This document shows, in pieces, positions 22,396 to 33,879 of a DNA stretch of 36,829 nucleotides. The notes under the pieces were generated by a model. That model was not told the origin of the DNA, did no database searches, and saw only the letters and a program-made list of their open reading frames with translations. The stretch is from Chiloscyllium plagiosum. Lineage: Eukaryota. The position numbers and the translations under genes were made by a program. Every line of letters starts with the position of its first letter. Position 1 is the first letter of the stretch. The stretch is taken from contig NC_057752.1 in assembly GCF_004010195.1 (NCBI RefSeq), forward strand, positions 13,786,300 through 13,823,128, in the 5' to 3' direction.

Positions 22396-24352
22396 AGAAC
22401 ATAGAACATAGAACATTACAGCACAGTACAGGCCCTTTGGCCCGCGATGTTGCGCCGACCTGTGGAACCAACCTGAAGCCCATCTATCCTACACTATTCC
22501 ATTTTCATCCATATGCCTTTCCAATGTCCATTTAAATGCCCTTAAAGTTGGCGAGTCTACTACTGTTGTAGGCAGTGCGTTCCACGCCCCTACTACTCTG
22601 AGTAAAGAAACTACCTCTGACATCTGTCCTATATCTATCACCCCTCTTGTGCTAGCCATCGCCATCTGAGGAAAAAGGCTCTCCCTGCCCATCCTACCTA
22701 ACCCTCTGATTATCTTATATGTCTCTATTAAGTCACCTCTCAACCTTCTTCTCTCTAACAAAAACAGCCTCAAGTCCCTCAGCCTTTCCTCATAAGACCT
22801 TCCCTCCATACCAGGCAACATCCGAGTAAATCTCCTCTGCACCCTTTCCAAAGCTTCCACATCCTCCTTATAATGCGTTGGCCAGAACTGGATGCAATAC
22901 TCCAAGTGCGGCCGCACCAGAGTTTAATACAGCTACAACGTGACCTCATGGTTACAAAACTCAATCCCTCTACCAATAAAAGCCAACACACCATATGCCT
23001 TCTTAACAACCCTATCAACCTGGATGGCAACTTTCAGGGATCTATGTACATGGACACCGAGATCTCTCTGCTCATATACACTACCAAGAATCTTACCATG
23101 AGCTCTGTATTCCTGTTGTTCCTTCCAAAGTGAATCACCTCACACTTTTCCACATTAAACTCCATTTGCCACCTCTCAGCCCAGCTTTGCAGCTTATCTA
23201 TGTCCCTCTGTAACCTGTAACATCCTTCTGCACTGTCCACAACTTCACAGACCTTAGTGCCATCCACAAATTTACTAACCCCCCCTTCTAACCCAACCCT
23301 CATTCAGGTCATTTATAAAAATGACAAACAGCAGTAGCCCCAAAACAGATCCTTGCGGTACACCACTCATAACTGGACTCCAGGATGAACATTTCCCATC
23401 AACTACCACCTTCTGTCTTCTTTCAGCTAGCCAATTTCTGACCCAAACCACTAAATCACCCTCAGTCCCATGTCTCTGTATTTTGTGCAGTAACCTATCG
23501 TGGGGAACCTTATCAAACACCTTACTGAAATCCATATACCCCACATCAACTGCTTTACCCTCATCCACCTGTTTGGTCACCATCTCAAAGAACTCAATAA
23601 GGTTTGTGAGGCACAACCTACCCTTCACAAAGCCATGCTGACGATCCCTAATCAACTTATTCCTTTCCAGATGATTATAAATCCTATCCTTTCCAACACT
23701 TGACCCACACCCGAAGTAAGGCTCACTGGTCTATCATTACCAGGGTTGTCTCTACTCCCCTTCTTGAGCAAGGGGACAACATTTGCTATCCTCCAGTCTT
23801 CTGGCACTGTTCCTGTAGACAAAGAGGACATAGAGATCAAAGCCAAAGGCTCTGCAATCTCCTCCCTGGCTTCCCAGAGAATCCTGGGATAAATCCCATC
23901 TGGCCCAGGGGACTTATCTATTTTCACACTTATTCTTTTATTCCTGATCTACCTATAGAAAGTTTCAGGGTTTTTCTTGATCCAACCTGCCAAAGGCTTC
24001 TCATGTCCCCTCCTGGCTCTCCTTAGCTCTCTCTTTTGGTCTTTCCTGGCTACCCTGTAACACTCAAACTGAGCCTTCACATCTCATCCTAACATAAGCC
24101 TTCTTTTGCCTCGTGACAAGAGACTCAACGTCTTTAGTAAACCATGGTTCCCGCACTCGACCACTTCCTCCCTGCCTGACAGGTACATACTTATCAAGGA
24201 CCCGCAGTAGCTGTTCCTTGAATAAGCTCCACATTTCAATTGTGCCCATCCCCTGCAGTTTCCTTCCCCATCCTATGTATCCTAAATCTTGTCTAGTCGC
24301 ATCATAATTGCCTTTCCCCCAGCAGTATATACCAATCCCTTTCCTTTGTTAA
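22396..24352 (-). mobile_element. 5'-truncated CR1 LINE (~1.95 kb) nested in the + strand CR1
   Basis: [54 protein letters not shown] and an (atagaac)n tail. Frameshifted. Confidence 0.92.
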
Positions 24353-25054
24353 ATTTGATAAGGTTCCCAACAATAGGCTCATTTAGAAAGTTAGGAGGTA
24401 TGGGATACAGGGAAATCTGGCTGTCTGGATACAGAATTGGCTGGCCCATTGAAGACAGAGGGTGGTGGGAGATGGAACGTATTCAGCCTGGAGCTCGGTG
24501 ACCAGTGGTGCTCCGCAGGGATCTGTTCTGGGGCCACTGCTCTTTGCGATTTTTATAAATGACTTGGATGAAGAAGTGGGAGGGTGGGTTAGTAAGTTTG
24601 CCGATGACACAAAGGTCAGTGGTGTTGTAGATAGTGTGGAGGGCTTTTGTAGGTTGCAACTGGACATTGACAGGATGTAGAACTGGGCTGAGAAGTGGCA
24701 GATGGAGTTCAAACTGGAAAAGTGTGAGGGGATTCATTTTTGGAAGGTCGAATTTGAATGCAGATTACAGGGTTAAAGACAGGATTCTTGGCAGTGTGGG
24801 GGAACAGAGAGATCTTGGGGTCCACATCCATAGATCCCTCAAAGTTGCCACCCAGGTTGACAGGGTTGTTAAGAAGGCGTGTGGTGTTTTGGTTTTCACT
24901 AACAGGGAGATTGAGTTAAAGAGCCGCGAGGTTTTGCTGCAGCTCTATAGAGCACTAGTTAGACCACACTTGGAATATTGTGTTTAGTCCTGGTCACCTC
25001 GTTATAGTAAGGATGTAGATGCTTTAGAGAAGGTGCAGAGGAGATTTACCAGGA

Positions 25055-25357
25055 GGCTATTACAGAGACTTGGACATCACAGGGTCAGGAATGGTCTTTG
25101 GATGTTCCAGGGTTGAGATGTTTTAAAAGGAATAGGGAGGAAGGTAAAAGGGGTGGAGGAGTGGCATTGCTAATCAGGGATAGTATCACAGCTGCAGAAA
25201 GGGAGGTCATCGAGGAGGGTTTGTCGACAGTGTCAGTGTGGGTGGGAGTCAGAGACAGGAAAGGAGCAGTCACTTTATTGGGAGTTTTCGACAGCCCCCT
25301 CCAACAGCAACAGAGACACAGAGGAGCAGATTGGGAGGCAGAGTTTAGAAAGATGAA
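25055..25357 (+). mobile_element. CR1 endonuclease-domain fragment inserted in the host CR1
   Basis: AITETW, VPGLRCFKRNREEGKRGGGVALLIRDSI. Confidence 0.85.
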
Positions 25358-26106
25358 GAACATAGAACAGTGGATTGGAGGGCATGTCTTATGAAGAGAG
25401 GTTGAGTGAGCTGGGGCTTTTCACACTGGAGAGAAAGAAGGAAGAGAGGTGACTTGATCGAGGTGTACAAGGTAATGAGAGGCATAGATAGAGTAGATAG
25501 CCAGAGACTTTTCCCCAGGATAGAAATGGCTGTCATGAGGGGTCATAATTTTAAGATGATTGGAGGAAGGTTTAGGGGAGACGTCAGAGGTAGTGGGTGT
25601 GTGGAATGCACTGCCAGCGGTGGTAGTAGAGTCAGAGATATCAGGGACATTTAAGCGACTGCTGGACAAGCACATGGACAGCAGTAAATTGAGGGATGAG
25701 TGGGGTTAGGTTGATCTGAGATTACGATAAATGCTCAGCACAACATTGTGGGCCGAAGGGCCCGTACTGTGCTGTGCTGTTCTATTCAGCGTTTCTCAAG
25801 AAATCCAAGGCCAGGTGAAGAAAATGCTAGAGGTGAGCACCCATTCCATTTAAACTTAACATCAGATTCCCACATTTGTTGCAAAATTTTAAAAAGTTTA
25901 TCAAATAACGTAAAGTACCTGTTGGCACTAGTGGTTCTTCTGCTGGTTGGCAAGATGTAATGGCTGGTGTGTTACAAAGATGAGTGCTGATATCTCGACA
26001 GTTTACTGTTTGTATAAAAGACTTTTGAAGTACAAGGGTATAGTAACTAAATTAAGTTTCCAAACAAGATTAACAAGCCAACCTTCTATCCCAGTGAATA
26101 TATTAT

Positions 26107-26380
26107 AGATTAGATTCCCTACAGTGTGGAAACAGGCCCTTCGGCCCAACCAGTCCACATCAACCACCCCCCCTGCTGACTAATGCACCTAACACTAATA
26201 GGCAATTTAGCATGGCCAATTTACCCCTAACCTCCATATCTTTGGACTATGGGAGGAAACCCACGCAGACACAGGAAGAATGTGTAAACTCCACACAGAC
26301 AGTCGCCCAAGGCTGGAATCGAGCCTGGGACCCTGGCGCTCTGAGGCAGCAGTGCTAACCACTGAGCCACTGTGCCGCCC
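26107..26380 (-). mobile_element. HE1-type V-SINE
   Basis: Head, V-domain and tail with small internal deletions. Confidence 0.88.
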
Positions 26381-27302
26381 TTGTATACCTACAGCATGAG
26401 CTTTTATGTTCCACAGTAACATTTGGGGCACCTTCAGGGTCTGTTTCCTCAATGTTGTTGGGTCAAAATCCTTGTATTCTCTTCCTAACAGCACATGGAC
26501 TGGAGTGGTTCAAAAAGACAGCTCACCACCACTTTCTCAAGGGCAAGTAGGGATAGAAACATAGGATAGGAGCAGGAGAAGGCCATTTGGCCCTTCAAGT
26601 CTGTTCCTCCATTCATCACGATCAGGGCTGATTGTCCAACTCAATAGCTTCATCCTGCTTTCTTCCCATAACCTTTGACCCCATTCACCCCAAGTTCTAA
26701 ATCTAGCTGCCTCCTGAACACATTCAAAATTTTGGCATCAACTACTTCCTGTAGTAATGAATTCCACAGGCTCGCAATTCTTTTTGAGTGAAAAAATGTC
26801 TCCTCGTCTCTGTTCTAAATGGTCCACCTCAAATCCTCAGACTGTGACCCCTGGTTCTGGATGCACCCACCATCGGGAACATCCTCCCTCCATCTACCCT
26901 GTCTAGTCCTGTTGGAAATTTATAAGTCTCTCTGAGATCCTCCCTCACTTGTCTGAACACCAGCAAAAGCAGCCCTAACCTAGTCAATCTCTCATATGTC
27001 ACTCCCACCATCCCCGGAGTCAGCCTGGGAAACCTTCACTGCACTCCCTTGAGAGCAAGAGCATCCTTCCTCAGAAAAGGAGACCAAAACTCACACCCAA
27101 CAACACACCCCTGCTCCTGGACTGAAAACATCTCTCAATGCAGGCCAATATACCATTTGCCTTCTTTCCTGCCTGCTGCACCTGCACGCTTACCTTCAGT
27201 GAGTGGTACACAAGGACACCCAGGTCCCACTGCAGACTGTTGTCAACTTACAGCCATTCACAGGTAGTAAGCTGCCGCCTTATTTTTGCTTCCAAAGTGA
27301 AT

Positions 27303-27495
27303 AGCTGGAAAAGCGCAGCAGGTCAGGCAGCATCCAAGGAGCAGGAGAATCGACGTTTCGGGCATGAGCCCTTCTTCAGGCTCATGCCCGAAACGTCGAT
27401 TGTCCTGTTCCTTGGATGCTGCCTGACCTGCTGCGCTTTTCCAGCAACACATTTTTCAGCTCTGATCTCCAGCATCTGCAGTCCTCACTTTCTCC
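27303..27495. mobile_element. Second copy of the palindromic element, opposite orientation, inserted in a CR1 LINE, with 12-bp TSD
   Basis: TSD tccaaagtgaat at 27291-27302 and 27496-27507. Arms are nearly identical to those of 16888-17172. Confidence 0.82.
27348..27383 (-). ncRNA. Minimal hammerhead ribozyme-like motif in hairpin element
   Basis: Minus strand reads C-CUGAAGA-A-GGGC-UCAU-GCCC-GAAA-C-GUC/GAUU. The 5' side of stem I is lost at the fold-back junction. Confidence 0.55.
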
Positions 27496-28267
27496 TCCAA
27501 AGTGAATGACCTCACATTCATCCAAATTATGCTGCATCTGCCATTGATTTGCCCACTCAACCCAACCTGTCCAGATCGTGCTGAAGGATCTCTGTATCCT
27601 TCCCACCCAACTTGGTATCATTTACAAGCTTTGAGATGTTACGTTTTGTTCCCTCATCCAAATCATTAGTGTATGTTATGCATAGCTGGGGTCCCAGCAC
27701 TGGTCCCTGTGGCATCACTAGTTACTGCCTGCCAGTTTGAAAAGGACCCGTTAATTCATAATCTTTGTTTCCTCTTTCTTCTTTCCAGATTTTTATCCAT
27801 CTTCATACACTTCCCCCACTCCCATGCGCTTTAATCTTGCATAATAATCTCTTATGTAGGACTTTGGACTTTCAGAAAGCATTTGACAAATATACCACAT
27901 TGATTGTCTCCCCTTTGTCAACTCTACTAGTTACAACTTCATAGAATTCCAACAGATTTGTCAAGCATGATTAAGGAGCAGAATTAAAGCTGTTTAGCCC
28001 ATCGAGTCTGCCATTCAATCATGGCTGATATGTTTCTCAGTCCCATTCTCCTGTCTTCTCTCTGTAACCCTGATCCCCTTATTGTCAAGAGCCTATCCTT
28101 CTCTGTCTTAAATACACTCAATGACTTGGCCTCCAGAGCCTTCTGTGGCAATGAGCTTCACAGATTAACCAACCTCTGGCTGAAGAAATTCCTCCTTATC
28201 TCAGTTCGAAAGGATCGGCCCTTCAACATGAGGCTGTGCCTCAAGTCCTCGTCTCGCCTTCTCGTAG

Positions 28268-28850
28268 GAGACATAGGTTTAGGGCGAGAGGGGAAAATAT
28301 AAAAGAGACCTAAGGAGTAACTTTTTCACGCAGAGGGTGGTGCGTGTATGGAATGAGCTGCCAGAGGAAGTGGTGGAGGCTGGTACAATTGCAACATTTA
28401 AAAGGCATTTGGATGGGTATATGAATAGGAAGGGTTTAGAGGGATATGGGCCGGGTGCTGGCAGGTGGGACTAGATTGGGTCGGGATATCTAGATTAGAT
28501 TACTTACAGTGTGGAAACAGGCCCTTCGGTCCACACTGACCCTCCGAAGAGCAACCCACCCAGACCCAGTCCCCGACATTTACCCCTTACCTAACACTAC
28601 GGGCAATTTAGCATGGCCAATTCACCTGACCTGCACATCTTTGGATTGTGGGAGGAAACCGGAGCACCCGGAGGAAACCCACGCAGACACGGGGAGGATG
28701 TGCAAACTCCACACAGTCAGTTGCCTGGGAATTGAACCCAGGACTCTGACGCTATGAGGCAGCAGTGCTAACCACTGTGCCACCGTGCCACCCACTGGTC
28801 AGCATGGGTTGGACCGAAGGGTCTGTTTCCATGCTGTACATCTCTATGTG
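28268..28850 (+). mobile_element. HER1/CR1 3' end interrupted by an HE1 SINE
   Basis: cagagggtggtgcgtgtatggaatgagctgccagaggaagtggtgg. The 3' UTR gggatatc|...|ctggtcagcatg is split by the SINE. Confidence 0.85.
28490..28793 (-). mobile_element. HE1-type V-SINE nested in HER1 3' UTR
   Basis: Full head to (ttaga) tail. Confidence 0.9.
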
Positions 28851-28854
28851 CTTC

Positions 28855-30270
28855 ACATTTCCAAAATCTGCCTCCCAATCTGCTCCTCCATGTCTCTGTT
28901 GCTATTGGGGGTGGGGGTCTGTCAAAAATTCCCAGTAAAGTGACTGCTCCTTTCCTGTTTCTGACTTCCACCCATAATGACTCAGTGGACAAACCCTCCT
29001 CAATGACCTCCCTTTCTGCAGCTGTAATACCATCCCTGATCAGCAATGCCACTCCTCCACCTCTTATCTCCCTCCCTATTCCTTTTGAAACATCTAATCC
29101 CTGGAACATCCAACAGCCATTCCTGCCCCTGTGATAGCCCAGTCTCTGTAATGACCACAACATCCTAGCTCCAAGTACTGATCCATACTCCAAGTTCATC
29201 ACCCGCATTCCTGACACCTCTTGCGTTAAAATGGACACACTTCAACCCAATACATTGACTGCAACGTTGCCCTATCAACTGTCTATCCTTCCTCACAGAC
29301 TCTCTGCACGCTGTGTCTGCCTGTTCACCAGCTACTCCATCCTCTGATCCATAGCTCTAGTTCCCAACCCCTGCCAAACTAGTTTAAACCTTCCCGAAGA
29401 GGCCTAGCCAACCTCCCACCCAGGATATTGGTATCCCTCCAGTTCAGGTGCAACCTGTCCTCCTTGTACAGCTCCCACCTTCCCCAGAAGGTATCCCAAT
29501 GATCCATATCTCTGAAGCCCTCCCTCCTACACCAGCTCTGCAGCCACGTGTTCATCTGCACTCGCTTTCCATTCAAGCCTCACTAGTACGTGGCACCTGA
29601 CATTACTACTCTGCTTGTCCTGCCTTTTAGCTTCCAACCTATATTCACTTTTCAGATCCTCATCCCTTTCGCTGCCTATGTCATTGGTACTGATGTGTAC
29701 CATGTCTTCTGGCTGCACTCCCTCCCCCTTAAGAATCCTGTAGACTCAATGCGAGACACCCCTGACCCTGACACCTGGGAGGCAACGTATCATCTCGGAG
29801 TCACGTGCGGGACCACAGAATCTCCTGTCTGTTCCTCAATGCCAGAGACCTGGCCGCTGTGGCTTTCCCCTGTTAGGTTGTACCCACAACAGTATCCAAA
29901 ACGGTATACTTACTATTGAGGGGAACAGTCACAGGGGGTCCCTGCACTGTCTGCCTTTCCCTCTCCTGACGGTCACCCAGCTCCCTTTATCCTGTAATTT
30001 AGGTGTGACTAACTCCCTATAACCCTTCTCTATCACCCCCTCTGCCTGCCGAATGAATCAAAGTTCCTCCAGATCCAGCTGCAGTTCCCTAACACGGTCT
30101 GTGAGGAGCTGGAGTTGGGTGCACTTCCCACAGATGAAGTCAGCAGGGACACTAGTGGTAACCCTCACCTCCCACATCCTGCAGGAGGATCATTGAACTG
30201 CCCTAACCTCCATTCTCACTGTTCTGAATTACAAAAGAGACAAAAAAAAAACAAACTTACCTTACCAACC
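28855..30270 (-). mobile_element. 5' part of CR1 LINE: degraded ORF1 (zinc-finger/SGNH esterase type) and start of ORF2 endonuclease
   Basis: ORF1 start MEVRAVQ*SSCRMWE near 30213; NTWLQSWCRREGF..HWDTFWGRWELYKEDRLHLN; RGGGVALLIRDGI..ESLWVEVRNRKG. Confidence 0.85.
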
Positions 30271-30314
30271 CTCCACCCATTTATTTGATTTTAAATAAAT
30301 TCTTCTGTCTGGCT

Positions 30315-30690
30315 TAGAACGTAGAACATCGAACAGTACAGCCCAGGAACAGGCCCTTCGGCCTACCATGTTGTGCCAAACATGAGGCCAAGTTAAACTA
30401 ATCCCTTCCGCCTACCCTTGGCCCATATCCCAGCATTCCTTCCGTATTGATGTGCTTATCTAAAAGCCCCCACCGAATCTGCTTCCAACACCAGCCCTGG
30501 CAGTGGGTTCCAGACTCCTACCGCCCTCTGTGCGAACAACCTGCCCCTCACATCTCCTTTGAACTCTCCTGCTCTCACCTTAAGTGCATGTCCCCTAGTA
30601 TCAGACATTTCAACTCTGGGGGAGAAAGGAACTGACTGTCAACCCAATCGATGCATCTCGTAATCTTATAGACTTCTATCCAATCCCTTC
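30315..30690 (-). mobile_element. CR1 3' end
   Basis: (tagaac) tail, caggcccttcggcc, RT-end similarity. Confidence 0.75.
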
Positions 30691-31334
30691 AGTCCAACCC
30701 GTCCATGCCGACCAGATATCCGAAATTCATCTGGTCCCATTTGCCAGCACTTGGCAATAAATCAGCCAACGTGGTGGACTCTTAACTTCCCTCTGGGCAA
30801 TAAATGCTGGCCTGGACAGTGATGCCCACACTGTATGAATATACAAAAAAGGCATGCAGTGTTGGCACAGTATTTGCCTGTGTTTAGCAATCTCACCAGC
30901 TGGCAGAGAGCAGGGCAGCCGAAGCAGGTGGTGAAACTTTGGGTATCTTTCCTTCCCCCACCCCCACTGCCCGGGCAGTGAAAGCCGCTGGCTTTGGCAC
31001 GAGTGCTTCTCCCTCTGCCAGCTGAGTAACACCCACTGGCCACCTCATTTGCAAATGAAATCGCTGTGAGGGCACCTGTAGACAGGTTGGAAAAGTGCCC
31101 GCTGCGTGTAATAATCCCTCTGCCCTGACAAAAACTGCTTTTAGTGACAGAAATCCTTGCAGATGCCGGTCTGTGTCTCAAGTCCGTTGTCGTTAGGGTG
31201 ACCCTGGGATAGCTGAGCAAGCGATTCAGTTGTGGGAAACCAGGGATGGGCAGGAAACGAGGGCAAGCAACGGTGGGCAATCAGGGTTAACCACATTTTA
31301 ATGCAAATAACTGGACAGCCTTTGTTTCTTCGAT

Positions 31335-31505
31335 CTGCTGATGGGATTATCAGGCCGATTTGCACACAGGAAGATCCCATCAGCAACAGCGCTTTTGGCA
31401 ACGTTGGCCAAGGGATAAATATCGATCAGTACCACCCAGGGCTGCTCTTCGGAATAGTGCCATGGGATCTCCCCCACCCGCCTGAGTCTTGGTTTAACCC
31501 ATTGA
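31335..31505 (-). mobile_element. DeuSINE (SacSINE1/AmnSINE-like) central-domain fragment
   Basis: agggataaatat...gctgctcttcggaatagtgccatgggatct...ggtttaac resembles the reverse complement of the Deu domain as recalled. Similar remnants lie near 10820-10952 and 14795-14900. Confidence 0.6.
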
Positions 31506-31625
31506 AGGAATGGAATCTTACACAATGACATACCACACTGGGCACCATGTTGGAGTGTGTGATGAATTGGCCTGGCATTTGGGATCTAAACCATTTTTGC
31601 TTATTGTTGTTCAACCAATCCATGA

Positions 31626-31985
31626 AACACAGAACCATAGAATCCCTACAGTGTGGAAACAGGCCGTTCGGCCCAACAAATCCACACTAACGCCCCCCCC
31701 ACCCCCGAAGAGTAACCCCTCCCCAGACCCATTCCCCTACTCTATCACCATTCATTTACCCCTGACTAATGCACCTAACCTATGGACACACTGGGACAAT
31801 TTAGCATGGCCAATCCATCCTATCCTGCACATCTTTGGACTGTGGGAGGAAACCGGAGCACCCCCCACACAGACACTAGGAGAATGTGCAAACTCCACAC
31901 AGACAGTCGCCCGAGGCTGGGATCGAACCTGGGACGCTGGTGCTGTGAGGCAGCAGTGCTAACCACTGAGCCACCATGCCGCCCA
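31626..31985 (-). mobile_element. HE1-type V-SINE
   Basis: Full head to tail. Confidence 0.9.
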
Positions 31986-32289
31986 GAAGCTCCTTTTGGC
32001 CGGGGTTGGGTGGGACTGGGGGGGGGGGTACAAATAGAGAACGAGGGGGAGGCAAGGAGAAAGTCTCCTTTTATCGGAGGCCTCTGAGCCTGTGGAATGC
32101 TTGCTCTCTCAGACAGCAAGTGGGGAGTGGGCTCCTCGAATTTCGCCTGGGTTTGGCAGTTTTTTGACAAATGAGCAAGGCATAGACTCAGAGTGCAGAA
32201 AGAGTCGGTGCCACCTAAAATACACTGCTAACTACACTCGATTCACTTTCCCCGATTAGGCCCCAAAGCCTGCAATGTTATGACTTTTC

Positions 32290-32760
32290 AGGTTCTCATC
32301 CAAGTACTTTTTAAAGTTTGTGTGGTTTCCCCCCCTCAGCTACCCTCCCAGGCAGTGCCTTCCAGATCCCTACCACCCTCTGGGTGAAAGGAGGTTTCCT
32401 CAACCTCCCCCCCTCTCTTAAACCTCCTGCCTTCCATCTTAAAATGGTGCCCCCTTGTTATTGACCCTTCTACTAAGGGGAATCGCTGCTTCCTATCCAC
32501 CCTGGCTGTGTTCCTCATAACCTTGTACACCTCCATCAGGTCCTTGTTCTCACCTCTATAGAAAACAACCCCTGCCTTCCCAGCCTCTCTTCCTCGATAA
32601 ACCGTTCCATCCCAGGCAACATCCTGGTGAATCTCCTCTGCACCCCCATCCAGTGCTATCCCATCCTTCCTATAGTGTGGGGACCAGAACTGCACACAGT
32701 TCTCCAGCTGGGGCCTGACCAGAGTCCTGTACAGCTCCCACATCACCTCCCTGCTCTTAT
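32290..32760 (-). mobile_element. CR1 RT C-terminal fragment
   Basis: ELYRTLVRPQLENCVQFWSPHYRKD. Confidence 0.85.
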
Positions 32761-33879
32761 CATCTATAGTGTTTCTCTCTATCACTGGGGGGCAGTGGAA
32801 ATGAGACCACAAGCAGGTCAGCCATGGTTGTATTGAATGGTGGAGCAGGCTTGAGGACCTGAAATGGCCTCCTCCTCTTCCTAAGTCCTATGTTCTTGGC
32901 TTCAGATGGTAAAAGCACTACAGGTTTGATTGAGCCCTGGTCTATACTGTAAATCAGTGAGTGAAAGCCAATTGCGGAGCCTTCTGACAGCGCCCCATTC
33001 CCCCTCCCCTCCCCCCTGCGCCTTTCTCACTGCAGAGGGCTCCCAGACGCCAGATCCTCAATGGGACCCGGGGTGAGGTCTGTGCGTGGCTCAGTTTCAC
33101 AAGGAGCGTTTGCTAACGTCACCATCAGGGGGCGCCCTGAGCTTAGCTTTGCACAGGAGTCCCAGGCCCCCAAAGTCACACAAAGGCATCCTGCTGCCGA
33201 AATTATTGTAGGAGTCCCTTGACCGGCCTCCGTTGTCATCTTTGTGTTGAATTACTTTCAGTGGAATATCCTCTGTATGCCTCTCTCTCTCACCCTCCCC
33301 CTGGTTCAGACACTTCCAACACTGTGGCTACCTGCCCTATAGCCTCTTTAGGCGGATTTAAGTGACACTGCTGTTGTGAAATGCCTTCAAAGGCACTATG
33401 CAAATGCACGCTGTTGTTGTTGAATGGTTCCGTTCAAGTCCCTGTACTCCCCAGCGAGGGGACTAGCTTGGAACCAAAGGCCAGTACATGGCCAGGGGGC
33501 AAAGGTCCATGATAAATCGCGACATGAGGTACAGCGCAGTAATGTTCCCTCCTGAATGGAGGCCGGAAACCCAAGCACTTTGTCGTGTGAGGAGAATCGA
33601 AGGGTTAGGTGCCAGAACTGACGCTGGGAGAAAAGGACCTCCGCTTTAAGGCAGATGCAAAAGGGTCAAGTTAAACAAAGAACGGCACATGCTGGAAACC
33701 TGGGACTCAGAGGCAGTTCATACAGCACAACAGGCCCTTCAGCCCAACCCGTCCATGCAGACCAGGTTTCCTGAACCAATCTAGTCCAATTTCACCATGT
33801 GGACTCTACCTGATTACCTTGAACCTTTCGAAATGCCCTGCTCTAACATCTTTAATAAGAGTGTCTAAAATCACCCCTA

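Larger units (their letters stand above)
22023..25790 (+). mobile_element. CR1 LINE RT region to 3' end in three pieces (22023-22395, 24353-25054, 25371-25790)
   Basis: DQIYPRMLQEAR; MDFSKAF|DKVP continuity across the insertion; GAPQGSVLGPLLFAIFINDLD..SKFADDTKV. Contains stops. Confidence 0.9.
26555..28260 (-). mobile_element. Degraded CR1 LINE pieces (RT to 3' end, plus a second 3' end at about 27972-28260)
   Basis: TYERLTRLGLL..REDLRETYK, WANQWQMQHNLDECEVIHFG. Confidence 0.8.

Noticed and set aside
30762..31280. 172-aa minus-strand ORF containing PGFPQLNRLL, vaguely like B4GALNT1 PGLDQLNRQL
   Set aside because: Wrong strand and position, no further similarity, and it runs into a repeat tail.
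33470..33500. GTKGQYMAR resembling the kinase motif GTKRYMAPE
   Set aside because: In-frame TAG two codons upstream, no acceptor, and flanks do not match the ALK exon; chance.
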